64,000 nt of DNA from Schizochytrium sp. TIO01. Lineage: Eukaryota; Protista; Bigyra: Labyrinthulomycetes. Position numbers and translations under genes: made by a program. Below, piece after piece: positions 1-12,039 of the stretch. Under the pieces are notes generated by a model, which worked only from the letters and a program-made list of their open reading frames with translations, was not told where the DNA came from and made no database searches. The DNA lies in NCBI GenBank assembly GCA_004764695.1, contig SMSO01000014.1:925648-989647 (forward strand). The letters are read 5' to 3'. The first letter of the stretch is position 1. The number at the start of each line of letters is the position of its first letter.

Positions 1-3000
1 GGGCTCGGAAGACTATCAGATGCCCTCAAGGCGGATGTGGAAGTCTGAATATCAAGATAGCTTGGATCTTCAACTGCTGAGCCCACAGTAGCTCTGCGTT
101 CAGCTTGGGTACGGCCAGCGGCCATGAAAGCTTTAGCAGCTCGTTGAATGGTCAAAAGTGCCTGGGATCGACGTTTTAAAAGGGTACTGTTTGTACCAGA
201 ATTATGTTCCCCCAAAACTGAACGGACGCGTACACGATTGGACATGGATTCACGACGCTGCGAGCTAGACATGCGCGGGTGTTTCAAAGTACTCTGAGCA
301 TTTGAGGAACGTAAATCCATGTCTTCAAAGTTAGATGCATTACGGCGCAAAAGGTCATTACTTCCATGACGACGGTTAAAGCTTGGCACCATGCCTCGCT
401 GCATATCGATGACACCAAGAACACGTGCAAGGCGACGACGAGCAGCACCAACTTCTCCAGAGGGACGAGGACAATCTGCTCCTTCGCATACTAGATAGGA
501 AATTGCGCGTTGTTCTTGGAAGGCTTCAGAGATGTGTTGACGAAGAAGAGAGCGGCGTTTATCTCTGCTCGGTTTCCACAACCGGGCTAGAAATCTACTT
601 TCGTCTTGACTAGATCTAAACAAGACACGGAGATTTTCTGCAAAAATTCGAGAAGCTAATGAAGCAGGACTTTCGTGTTCACTTTCATCTTCATCTTCTC
701 CATCGCCATCGTCAATTTGGTCCTTTTCATCTCCGTTGGTGGCTTCGCGATCTTTCACATCTATTATACTTTGATCACGCCCATTTCCAGCGTTTAGGAG
801 CTCTTCATTAGCACTTTGAGACGTGTTGCGTTCAAAAGTAGTCTGGTCCATCTCACCTCCATTTGCTGAGTTGGGTTCATAATTGTTGTTGTTCGTACCA
901 AGCGCCACAGCAAGCAGCGCATCACCTAGTACAGCAAGAAGATCGCGTACTCTTGATGTTTCCAATCGGAGAGCTGCGATCGTGGCAAGGTGAGCTTGCA
1001 CAATTTCTAAAACTGCTTTTAATGCACGATGATAGAATTCACGCGAGTCATCGGAAGGTGAAAGGTGGGGTTCCAACTGCAACATGACTACCAACATCTG
1101 TGCTAGAGGCACAACTACATGGGCATCAACTTGCAAGCAATATGGCATTCGAAGGCGAGCGGATGAGAGACCTTGAGGTCCCGTGAGACGGGCAGAGTAC
1201 GCGGAGGCCATACTTCCTAGGTTCGACAATATGTGAAATGCAACATACGTAGTTTGATCCATCAATGAAATATGTGGTGCGAACTCCCAGCTACCTGATC
1301 CTTGCTGGCTCTGATCGCCAAAGTTTACCGCCATAGATATATGTCGTAAGCGGTAGAGTTGACTTTGGTCGAATGAGTCAGCATTAGATGACACTCGTTT
1401 TGATAAAACAGGATAAACAAGGTTAAACAGTCCAAGTAGAGTGCTTGGCATTGCTTGCTCTGCAGTGTTATCAGCCAGCCACGCTCCATCAGTGGTAGAT
1501 CCTAAGCTTATGTCTGAGGCTTGTTTTAAATTCGATGTATTTCTGCGGTGCCCATTTTTGGTTGCTTGAGCTCTGGGGGATAAATGACCCTGGGAAGAAG
1601 ACTCCTTGTCCTCATCATATGGCACAACTTCTTCCTCTGACTCACTGTTACCGTTCTCATAGGAATATTTGCGTCTACTATTTTACTTGAGTAGTTGGAG
1701 TCGCTATCGTCGTCCTCTTCCGAAGAGGACTCTTCCTCATCTTCTTCGGAATCACTATCTTGACCTTGGGTGTTGATAAGCATGGGTCTTGATAAAGAAT
1801 TCAAGGCTCGACGCCTGAGAAGATCTTTGTGTAGAGGTTCAAAATCTAACGACGCAGAAACACTTTGCATTCTCGGCCGATTAGACTTAAGACGGAGTGT
1901 CGCATCCCAGCGCTTCTCCATTAGTACCCACACAAGCTCTCGAGCAGTTGCACTATCCAGTGGAATATAGCAACCCACAGAAAGCATTTCCATTTGGCCA
2001 TCAAAAGACGCAAGGTATTCTGTGCGTTCCATGGCTGCTTTTTCTCTTTGTTCCTCGATACGTCGGATAAACGCCTGTTCTTGCTTCTTGCGAAGCATGA
2101 TGGCGTGTTTTGCCTTCTGACGTGCTGCTTGTGCTTCTTCCTTTTCCTTACGAGCCTGCACATCGGCTTGGGCCTCTGCAGCACGATGGCGAAGCATCCC
2201 AGCAATACCATCATGGCCATTTTCCTCAGCGAATGCAAATGCCAGAGCACCTTGGCGTGTACGACTAAGTGGGTTGGCGCCATAGTCAAGGAGAAGCTCC
2301 ACGCACTCCAGAGAGCCAACAAACGCTGCGAACATGAGAGGTGTGGCACCTGTCGTGTTTTCTACAACATTGACGTCAGCACCCCACGTCAGAAGAGCCT
2401 CCACGGCGCCTTCTTCTCCCGCTCGAGCTGCGTAGGTCAAGGCTGTCCAGCCATGCTGTGAGATTGCATGCACATCCGCTCCGCTGTGTAAAAGTAGCAT
2501 CACTGCCTCGCGTTGGCCTGCCCACGCCGCGAGCATCAGAGCATTACTTCCATTCTTATCTGCGCAGCTAAGATCTCGCCCGGCGCGGATATGCTCCACG
2601 AGTTTATCGATGTCACCGTCACATGCGGCTTGCAAGAAATCATTCCTTGCGCGGGTAACCCTAGATTGTTTGTACACAGACACCTTGCGAGCTAATAGCA
2701 TGCATGCACTACCTGCAATCCCAAGAACAAAGATCGTAAGACCTCCATACTTTACCAGTGTCCATATCTTCACGCCTGAATTTGCTTCATTCATGTCAAT
2801 ATCCGCCTCTGCATTAGCATTTGCACTTGTATGCATCTGCCGATATCTTGCAGACGATGACATTGACAATGACGAGCCTGAAAACGCCAGCACAGGCCTC
2901 GCTGTTTCCAGCGTCGAGTTCAAATCCAGATCTGGTTTCAGCCTCAAGTTTAGATTCGAGCTTGACTCCAAATGTACGTTAGAGTTTGAGTTCGGATTTG

Positions 3001-3121
3001 AATTCAAGCCTGGGTTCGTCATTAGGTGCACTACTTCCAGCACGCCTGCATAACTTTTGAGTCCAAGTATGGAGATTCTGTCGCTCTGGACGCTCCATCG
3101 ATATGTGTGGTTTGATTCCAT
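1..3121 (-). CDS. Large membrane-anchored ankyrin-repeat protein, 3' end runs off the window start; reading frame changes near 1590-1684
   Basis: ORF 1526..3121 has a hydrophobic segment (YGGLTIFVLGIAGSACMLL), about 4-5 ankyrin repeats (GSNALMLAA, GWTALTYAA, GATPLMFAA), a coiled coil and an acidic tract. A second frame, absent from the ORF track, opens at 1682 (NSRRKYSYENGNSESEEEVVPYDEDK...MAVNFGDQ...) and showed no stop in the stretches I translated towards base 1. Confidence 0.8.
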
Positions 3122-3575
3122 GGTCTGTGACGGGGCCCACGCGCCGCTGCTGGCGCCCTGGAAGACGCCGAGCAGCGTCGAGACCGGCTCAGCCCGAAAG
3201 CGGGGGCAATGGCGGTGTGGGCAATCTCAGCAACGTTAGTAACGCCGCTCGCTTCCTCGTGCTGCTCCTCCTCGCCCGCCCTCACGCGAGCCAGTTGGAG
3301 CTGCCCTTGAAGCTAGATCTTCTGCACGCAGAAGCTCTTCGGCTACAAGAACAGAGTTTGCTCCCTCGCAGCTTTACCAAGCCTGCACAATGATCGTCAA
3401 ATATTCAAATCAATGCAAAAATAATCAATGCAAGCAAATTTACAAATTAATCGATGCCAAAATAGATACGAAGTTAACATGGGTCAAATGCAAGGCTACT
3501 CCAAAGACGCTCTCTCAAAGGTTGGCCGGCGATGTTCGAACCCAAATCGTCCATGAAGACACGAAGTCGAAAAAG

Positions 3576-3625
<50 letters not shown>

Positions 3626-3627
3626 CC
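3576..3627 (+). repeat. (AAC)n microsatellite
   Basis: About 17 perfect AAC units seen directly. Confidence 0.95.
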
Positions 3628-3884
3628 ACAAGGCGTTTTGTTTTCCTTGGAATCGAGTTGTTCGCAATCTATGATAATATGGTACTTTACCGCTTCTTTT
3701 AACTTCCTTTCTGAAGTGCTTGCTTGCTATTCAAAGCACGTAGATAACTGATGGGTCAAAGACGGGAATAAACACTGATAAATAGTGTTAGGACTGCCGT
3801 TCTTTTTCTTTTCTTTTCTTTTCTGTTCTACAAACCTCAATCGAAAATCTTGCAGAAGATCTGGCTCGAGTTGGCGTTGGTCTC

Positions 3885-3885
<1 letters not shown>

Positions 3886-3915
<30 letters not shown>

Positions 3916-3938
3916 CCAACCAAGCAAGCAAGCAAGCA
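3886..3938 (+). repeat. (GCAA)n/(CCAA)n microsatellite
   Basis: Tandem CAAG units interrupted by CAAC units. Confidence 0.9.
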
Positions 3939-6203
3939 CGTTCTCGCTGGACCTGTAGCCTGGCTGGTGTTTCCCTCCGACTGACTTCTACGAGATGGCA
4001 GGGTAAAGAGGTCCGCTCTCCTGGGCGGGCGTGCGTACAATTCTGGCACCACTGCCAAGAACAGCGCACTAGCTACCTACTGGCTGAGATTGCACAGAGT
4101 CGCTGGTATCTTCTTGGCGATGCTCTATAAGGAGCTGCTCATCGACGGTGCGCATGCAATGTGATATGAACGCAGGAGTTTGAGAACCTACACCCCTTCC
4201 ACAGCGTAGGTACATCGCAATTCAGGCACCCTCTTTTGCCATCTTCTCAGGCGAAGCGGGAAAGCCTCGCGCATTGGTTATTCTGGCGTGTAAATAAAAC
4301 AGGCATACGAAGAGATCAGACCTGGATTTGCGCTAATGATTGTACTGCAAATATGCGGTCCTGTTCGCGCCAACGAGAGCTTTTATTTGATGTGTATGAC
4401 TTGGTTTTTTAAGATCTTATCTAAATTTGTGATGATGATGATTATTGTTATTATGATTATTATTATTTTTTTATTTTAAAATAAAGAAGAGACAAAACGC
4501 AGATAGAGATACATATGGTGTAGGCCTAGTATATTACTTGATAATATGAAAATCAAAAAATGTTTATAGCAAGCTGAGCGTGGGAAGATAATCGTTTCAG
4601 CCGCAGAAATGCTGTGTTTTAAAAAAGTCACGGGTCTCTGCGCAAAACATAGGTACATAGGCACTTCGTCAAGCAAGTCGATAGTTCCCAGCCCTTACTC
4701 AAAGCCGCAGTAGTATCATTGACGAGAATCACTTAAGCTTAAGCTGGTTTGAGAATTTAGCATGAACTATTGGGACAATCTTTTCATTTCACTTTTTCTT
4801 TAAAGAGAAAGAAAAAGAGAGTGACAACAGTACTATATATATAATCTTAGGTTTAAGTATTTAATTTTAGTTTTACGCTTTACGATTATATGCCTAGCTA
4901 GGTGGATACTATTGCTTACTGTAGTAGATTAATTTCGGATGTGAACGTTACGAATGTGCATAAAAATTAATAGCCTGGAAAGGGTGTGTACAACAGCAGC
5001 AACAAGCTAAGTAAAATTTAATTTGAGCTGTGAACGTTGCTTACAATATGACCTTAAGGGGGAAATGTTGCTGATAGGAGACAGAGGGTAATACTAAAAC
5101 GATCTTTGCAAAAACAAATCGAAACCTTACCTCATTACTTTGCAATGAAAGGTTAACTAGAACGCCCAATTATTCGTATTGCTAAATCGTGAGGGATGTT
5201 GCGAGGATGCATGCCTACTCTGAGCATTTTGATCTGTCTAGCACTAGTAAGAGTGTCAGACTGTCAGAGCTAAGTTTTAGAATTGGGAAAGCTGATTTAC
5301 TGGACCAGTTTTTATGATTTGATAGTGAACTGATACTTGCCTATATAAGCTACTCACATAGGCTCTTGGGCCTTCTTATGTTGTTTTGACAATTCATTTG
5401 CATAGACTGAAGTTGTGAGCATTGAGCATCATGTAGTCCCGTTCGCACAAGTTTTGGTTAAAATACTGAGGGGATTTGATTAGTGAACTTCAGCTTTGAG
5501 TCTCGTCTCATAACACTGAAGAGCTGCTGTACTAGACTTACCATTCAATGAACAGTACATATTTGTTTCTTAAAATCAGCATCATTGCTATTGTTTCATC
5601 AGCATGCCTGGTCAATCAAATAATTATCTACTTGTGCAAATTTCATCACACTCCCAATCAATTTTCCTTTCTCTCAAACATACTTTGTGCTTATGTATCC
5701 CAAGCTGACGCTGTCACTGCAAATATAAAGATTCGGCTACTTCCTTCCGCGCCACGTCCTCTTTTCAACTGCTGTGCATCCTCCTGTGGCCTCCTCACAT
5801 CGATAACGCGAGTGCTTAAAAAGTGCCCCCGAATGCCTGAAGTTTTGCGACTGTATTTTTACTTTTTTCTCTCCTTTGGATGAGTTTCAATTTTTTACCC
5901 ACATCAATTTCAATCATACTTGTCGATCCCCACCCTAAATGTACCATGGTCTATTTCTCTTCCTTCAGAGCAGTAGAAGAAGCTATGATTGCCTGCGCGA
6001 TTTAGCTTGATACAACTTGGTCTCTAAAATGCATTTTGCGGCTAGAAGTGCCTATATGCGCACTAGCAGCAGCTCAAAGAATTAACAGAGACATGCCTAC
6101 CTAGGTACCCAGTACCTAGGTACTATGGTAGGTTCTACAAGCGAGTAAAAGTAAATCAATAATCGCTCCCTCCGTAGCTCTCGTGAAAACCACGTTGGAC
6201 ACG

Positions 6204-7675
6204 ATGTCACGGCGTGCTGCTGCCGTGCTCTCTGAGCAGCGTACACAAGAGGAGCTTGCTGCTGCTCCTGAGGCTGGGGATGAAGGCGAGGACGCTGATG
6301 CTTCGTTCCAGCTCGAAGGTACGTCAAGATTCGCGCATCTGGTGGGCGGCTCTGAGGCGAAGCTGGACTATGAAAGAACGACGAGTGGCGAACGATAATC
6401 GGATAGGAAATAGGAACTGACGTTGCGAGGGCGAATTTGAAGACGCGTCATCTGCTACCAAAGGCAAGAAACGAAAGGCATCTACATCAAGCGTGCTGGG
6501 AAAGCGAGGGTAAGTAGAATTGCAAAATCAAGAATTATGTCTGCATTTGTCATGTAGCAACTATTCATGCGTGATCATGAATAGCACTCCTTCTAGTGCG
6601 TGGTGGCGTGCCACTGCTAACACAATTTTGCTAGAAGGCCTCATACTTCTTTCGGGCTTAAGAAGCACCATCCACAGAGCTGAAAAACTAATGTCACGCG
6701 AATTTCTCTTCTTTGCATACGTTGCGTAATACCGGCAAATGATGACATAAACGTACCTTCAACCAAAATGAATTGCACACTTTTGACAGTGCCACTGGAG
6801 GTATTGTGCTAAGCGACGATGAGGACGATGAAGAAGATGACGCTCGTCAAAATGCTGCTGCCTCTGCTACTATTGCTCCTGCAGAAGAAGTTGCGTCCAA
6901 AGTAGATTCTGACAGCACGTCATCTGTGAAAAAGGATGCTACTAAGGTTGAATCTCTCAAGGAAACAGCAGATTCCGCTTCAATTGATGATATTAAAGCC
7001 GCAGAGGGAGAAAAGGAAAAGGTTGTAGAAGCTAAGAAGACAAAAACTGTTCCGAGCATAGATGAGCTCAGTGACCTGACCTCATCCAGGTCTTCAAGTG
7101 GACCAAGCAGCATTGGCGCTCTACTTGCACAAATGAACCGCCCTCGTAAGAAAAAGAAAAAGTCGAACGGGAAGTCAGGTATGTTAGATCAGTCCATCGC
7201 TCGTCTTCTAAAGGGCGATGACGAAACCCCGAGCGTGGACCGAAAGGCTGCTAGTGAGGCTGCCCGAGCAGCTCTTGCTAACGCTGGAAAGATGAAGATC
7301 CAAGAAGAAAAGCACTTTGCTGGACAAACTATCAGTGTTATGCGCACACTTGACAAGGACTCAGCGGAAGCAAAGGAAGCCTTGGCTAAAGCCGCGGCAT
7401 CTGCAAAGCAAAGCGAGCTTGACAAGATCGTGACAGAGCTGAAGAACCCAAAGAAGGGCATGACAGCCATTGAAAAGTCTTCATACGATTGGGAGCAATT
7501 CAAGGAAGATAAGGGTATTGGCGAGCAGCTGGAGGCTTACGCAAAGGACGGCTACGTAGAGAAGCAACAATTTCTCCAGCGTGTAGAGGAACGTCAGTTC
7601 GAGGCTGGGCGAGCCGAGCGTGAACGAGCTCGCGCAATGGCAGCCGCTGCTGCAGCACGAAATGCAAAAAAATAA
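6204..7675 (+). CDS. CFDP1: BCNT-C domain protein (Swc5/CFDP1-like, SWR1 complex); exons 6204-6318, 6443-6509, 6790-7675
   Basis: C-terminal BCNT motif (MTAIEKSSYDWEQFKEDKGIGEQLEAYAKDGYVEKQQFLQRV). Two GT-AG introns (GTACGT...GAAG; GTAAGT...GACAG) join in frame to the ATG at 6204. Confidence 0.88.
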
Positions 7676-8031
7676 CTACCCTGTGAACAACCTACAAAGC
7701 ACTATCTCATTACATATTATTTTTTCAAAAACTACTTCATGTAGCGAGATTTTATATTGATTCAAAACGGAAACAGCAACTATGTCCTTTCAAATTCTGT
7801 TATCTTGTATTGCCCTCCATTTTCTCGTATACCTTTTTATTTCTAGCATAGCAGTATACATCACTTGTTGCTTTCACTTATTGTAGTAATGAAAAGACTT
7901 TTTACTATTCAAGAATGGGATCAAAAACGGTTATCGAGTCAGGCCTCAGAAGATGAAATTAATTTAAAGATAGTTTTAGCTCTATTCGACTCTTCTTTTA
8001 ATATCTTCAGAATTGTTGTCGTAATACTTCT

Positions 8032-11000
8032 TTATTCGCTTCTCGCATCAGATAATTTGATCGAGTAGTATTTACTTAGGAGTGTCGAGGTATTAGGCGC
8101 GGTGGCATCAACTTCATCATTATCGCGACCATCCTCAAGGCCTGCCAAAACAATCGTTCGAGCATGTGGGGCAGCTGACGCCTTGAGAATTGATCTCATT
8201 GCCTCCGGGACTTGCTGGGCATTTACAGATACCTGAGCGAAAAGTACTTTTCGCAGATTAGTTTCATCCTCTAAGAGCATTGCGATGTGAAGTCGAGGCT
8301 GGTGTCGTAGCTGCGCACGGAGCACATTAAAAAGACGTTGAAAGTCTTCACTCGTGCGAAATTTGACAGCAACGGAATTGCGAAATCGTACATCAATATC
8401 TGCACCAGCCCCGTCACTCCCAATTTCAATGGAAGGAGTCATTTGGTTGCTTCTTTCCTGGTTTGGGTTAAGCAAATCCACAATGCAATTATCTTCCTCA
8501 ACAGCAATTGCCCGCACCCGCATTGGCGTCTCGGTGCTCGAGAAGGCCTGGAAAATAGCACGAACTTGCTCAATAAGTATTGAAGGGTCTTCTTTTTTAC
8601 CGAACAAAGCCACTGGAGCACCTAGACCCACGATAAATGCATGCGGGGCTTGGCCCTGAGCAATAGCCGATGCTAGCACGCTTAAAGCAGATGACTTCCT
8701 TGCACGCTGCTCGCAGTCAGATAGCACATAAAAATGATCAGGAACGAAGGCTGCACCGCTAGGGCCAGCGTCCGGGAAGCAAATACTTTCACCCTGCTCA
8801 GGTAGCTGATCTTGTGGTTTGCGAAGAAGCGCAATTAGCACCGGGTCCTCCTGAACAATAGCGGCGTGCAAGGTGCGCATATTATGACGAAGAACTTCGT
8901 TAAAATTTGTCAGTGCTGCTCGTGTCTCGCTGGCCAAAGTTTTAAAGTCCGAGCGCAAGATAGACACTTCGCGCTTCAAGGCCCGTTTCATGTGTTCATT
9001 CTGAGCCTTGCCGGTGGTCGCATCCGCGAGCTTTGATTTAGTCACGTCAACTAGTAGCTCTAGTTTTGAACGAGCTTCCTCAGACTTTGCGAGTTGTTTT
9101 TCCAACCCTAGAATACGGTCAGTCAATTCAGCAGCAGCGCTGCCTGCAGCAATGTGTACGAGTTGGTTATCCTTGGGGCTTGGGCTGGCCTGATTTTCGG
9201 CATCGTAATCCCCAAAACCTCCCAGAGCTTCGAGAACATCACGATCAAAATGGTCAGCCAGGTGGTCAGCTTCTTGACGAGACTTCAGAGAGTCCTCCAA
9301 ATTCTTTAAAAGGTCGCCAAGATTAGACAGTGGACTTGTAGTGGTCAATGCGAGCGAGTCAACACGCGGGATGTCATCGCCACCGTCCCATGGAGTAACT
9401 AAACCGTTCGCCTGGTCCACGTCGATTGGACTCGGTGAGGCTGAAATGATGGCACTGCTAGCATCATCTGCAGCTGGAGGAGGGGGAGGGCGGGATGGAG
9501 GTGGCTGGATAATGCTTTCATTGTCGTTATCTGAAGCAGAATTTGGCTGCGAACGACGACGAGAGGGTGGTGGGGTTTCAACATGAGCTTCCTCTGACAA
9601 ATTGTGTGGCCATCGAGGTTGATCAGCACTTGCATTGGTGGGTGAAGTTCGAACAGCCTTGACATATTTCTGAGGCCGCACACCAGGTAGCAGTCGAAGC
9701 GCAACCTCAGTTCGAACTCCAATGCCAATATCGCCGCCAGTCCAGCTGTCTGCTAAAGGAGTATTCTCGACGATAAGCTCGAAGTCATGAAGCTCAACAC
9801 CTGTAACAAAGCTCACCTTCTCCCGCATTTCACGTACAGTAAGCATTTTTGCAATATTCAAAGGTCCTGGGAGGGCAACAGAGTAGGACTGTCCATCCAT
9901 CTCAGCATAAACATCTAGATAAACAATTGTCTCCGTGCTATCCTCCTCACCCAGTGTCTCGGGAGCATAGTCTTCAGATGAGATACGTCGGACCAAAGGC
10001 GGCTTCACACCACGGTTCTGGTCACGGAGGCGTCGGGCCTCAAGGCTTCGCTTAACATGCTGTGCTGTAGCGGCCTTTGATCGTTCCTGGGCAACGCGTG
10101 CGCTTACGGGATCGACATAGACAGGCGCAGGACCCAAAGGATCTAATTCCGGACTCCTAGGCTTGCGGTCACGTTCAGAGTTGAAGCGACTAGCAGTGCT
10201 AGCGCGCGTTGCACTGAGGTAATTTGGCCTGCTTGAAGGAGCAATACGAAGAGGTGCTAGACTGTTAGCTTGTGATACTTCTTGATCGCGGTTTGTGTCA
10301 GCGACAGGGCGATGCAAAGATGCTCCTGGCTCCCACAGAGTTTCCACGGGACCAGTTGCTACAGCACTACCGTTGACGGCATCTTCGTGTCCTGGGACAT
10401 GAACATCCTCGTTAACAACAACAGGAGGGGGAGCTAAACCCCGCAGGATGTCTTGAACTAAGTTTCTGGCATCTTCAAGACGTGAGGAAGTTACATGGCC
10501 AATTTTCAATTGATGGTCACGGGCCATCATGATCGTAGCACGCTGGTTGCCGTGTTCAGGATCATTGCCACACAGAGACAGTTGCTCATCAAACCAGGCA
10601 GCAGCCTTGGCGTGGTCCCTCATATCAGCATAAACGTGTCCGATGGCGCCACAAACTTGCTCCATGCAGGACTGTTCACCAAGAGCGTCGTAAAGACGAG
10701 CAGCATCCACGTAGCAGCCGATTCCATTATCAAGAAAACCAGCAGCTTCGTATGCAGAGCCCAGACCCACATCCACTTGTGCTCGCTGCATGGATTGAGG
10801 CTGCACAAGCTCGCGTGCACGGCGAAAGGTTGTAATCGCTTCATGGGTGCGTCTAGCGTCTAGCTGCTCAATAGCACGTGAGAGCATCGCAGCAACCTCT
10901 TGTTGAGAAGATGGAGATGGCTTGGGCTCAGGAGCATAACTTGCTGCATGGTTTCCAGCTGGACCAAGATCTAGAGGGTCTAAAGGGGCATCATGCTGAC

Positions 11001-12039
11001 CATAGGAACGTGTTGTTGCTGCTGTCGAAATTGGTGTTGAACGATGCTGCGGGCGCGACGAGGCAGAGAAGCCCGAAGATAGTGCTCCAAGCTGCGGCTT
11101 TCTGCTGCCAGGAGTAGGAGGATCGCTAGGAGCACCGGCGGAAGAACTAGTAGGAAACGTGCGGGTATGTGTTGAGATATACTCATCCTTGGCAAACGCA
11201 GATCGAGGGCTGCCTTGCGTTGTGAGAAGTCTTGCTCTCGCCTCTTCTTGCAAAGCAGCCCACGTTTTGCGTCCCACTTTGTCTCTTAGCGCCCTCAATT
11301 GTTCGAGTTGGGGTCTCGAAAGTCTATCCTGAGGCGCATCACTAAGATTTTTCAGAAGTAGAGCCTCTAATTCAGGTCCTAGTCTCTCTAACGATACCTT
11401 CACTGGTGCCATCATCGGTGAGGTTTGGGGGGACGGCATTGTTTTCTTTGGCTTCACCTCTTCCACCTCCTGGTGCTCGTCCTCTTCTTCAGTCTCTTCG
11501 TAATTCCCATACCCACGATGATTTTGAAATTCTTGTTTATCGCCATTTCCACTATAATCTTGGCGCCCAGGACTTCTCTGAAGACCGATCTCCTCTTCGG
11601 CATGAGGTGTTGCCATTACGAACTCACACCTCAGTACGATCTTGTGTGCTGTTGAGCCCACACGTGACCATATATCTTGTATGTGCTGCGAGTCGTTTTC
11701 GACCTCCACAGACCGAACAAGAAATTTGTCTGCGTCGGACCATCCTAAGCCGGGTTTGAGAAGTACCGTCACCCTGGCAGCTTCTCCAGGCCTGAGATAG
11801 CCCTGTGCGGGCTGCACACTGAAGCGTTTGGATGCGTTGGTCTGAAGCTTAAATGCAACCAACGATCCATGAGAGAGTCTTGTCGCTGCACGGATCGTGA
11901 GGCTGCGTCTGCGCTCGTTCAGGGGCCATGGCTCCACGCCGTGTGAGCGATCTCCGTTCTGGCCGTCTAGATTCTCGCCGCGCACCTGAAACTGGAGCAA
12001 GCGAGGTTCAACCTCCACGGGACACACGGAAGAGGACAT
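8032..12039 (-). CDS. Multidomain protein: MSP domain, TPR repeats, ubiquitin-like domain, coiled coil and degenerate kinesin motor-like domain
   Basis: MSP motif VAFKLQTNASKRFSVQPAQGYLRPG...DKFLV; TPR-like helices (~10500-10900); Ubl-like LTVREMREKVSFVTGV..FELIVENTPLADSWT (~9685-9930); heptad coiled coil (~8860-9140); kinesin-like C-terminus (~8035-8850). First ATG is at 12039, directly after a likely 5'UTR intron acceptor (CTTCAG). Confidence 0.8.
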   Translation of the reverse strand: MSSSVCPVEVEPRLLQFQVRGENLDGQNGDRSHGVEPWPLNERRRSLTIRAATRLSHGSLVAFKLQTNASKRFSVQPAQGYLRPGEAARVTVLLKPGLGWSDADKFLVRSVEVENDSQHIQDIWSRVGSTAHKIVLRCEFVMATPHAEEEIGLQRSPGRQDYSGNGDKQEFQNHRGYGNYEETEEEDEHQEVEEVKPKKTMPSPQTSPMMAPVKVSLERLGPELEALLLKNLSDAPQDRLSRPQLEQLRALRDKVGRKTWAALQEEARARLLTTQGSPRSAFAKDEYISTHTRTFPTSSSAGAPSDPPTPGSRKPQLGALSSGFSASSRPQHRSTPISTAATTRSYGQHDAPLDPLDLGPAGNHAASYAPEPKPSPSSQQEVAAMLSRAIEQLDARRTHEAITTFRRARELVQPQSMQRAQVDVGLGSAYEAAGFLDNGIGCYVDAARLYDALGEQSCMEQVCGAIGHVYADMRDHAKAAAWFDEQLSLCGNDPEHGNQRATIMMARDHQLKIGHVTSSRLEDARNLVQDILRGLAPPPVVVNEDVHVPGHEDAVNGSAVATGPVETLWEPGASLHRPVADTNRDQEVSQANSLAPLRIAPSSRPNYLSATRASTASRFNSERDRKPRSPELDPLGPAPVYVDPVSARVAQERSKAATAQHVKRSLEARRLRDQNRGVKPPLVRRISSEDYAPETLGEEDSTETIVYLDVYAEMDGQSYSVALPGPLNIAKMLTVREMREKVSFVTGVELHDFELIVENTPLADSWTGGDIGIGVRTEVALRLLPGVRPQKYVKAVRTSPTNASADQPRWPHNLSEEAHVETPPPSRRRSQPNSASDNDNESIIQPPPSRPPPPPAADDASSAIISASPSPIDVDQANGLVTPWDGGDDIPRVDSLALTTTSPLSNLGDLLKNLEDSLKSRQEADHLADHFDRDVLEALGGFGDYDAENQASPSPKDNQLVHIAAGSAAAELTDRILGLEKQLAKSEEARSKLELLVDVTKSKLADATTGKAQNEHMKRALKREVSILRSDFKTLASETRAALTNFNEVLRHNMRTLHAAIVQEDPVLIALLRKPQDQLPEQGESICFPDAGPSGAAFVPDHFYVLSDCEQRARKSSALSVLASAIAQGQAPHAFIVGLGAPVALFGKKEDPSILIEQVRAIFQAFSSTETPMRVRAIAVEEDNCIVDLLNPNQERSNQMTPSIEIGSDGAGADIDVRFRNSVAVKFRTSEDFQRLFNVLRAQLRHQPRLHIAMLLEDETNLRKVLFAQVSVNAQQVPEAMRSILKASAAPHARTIVLAGLEDGRDNDEVDATAPNTSTLLSKYYSIKLSDARSE

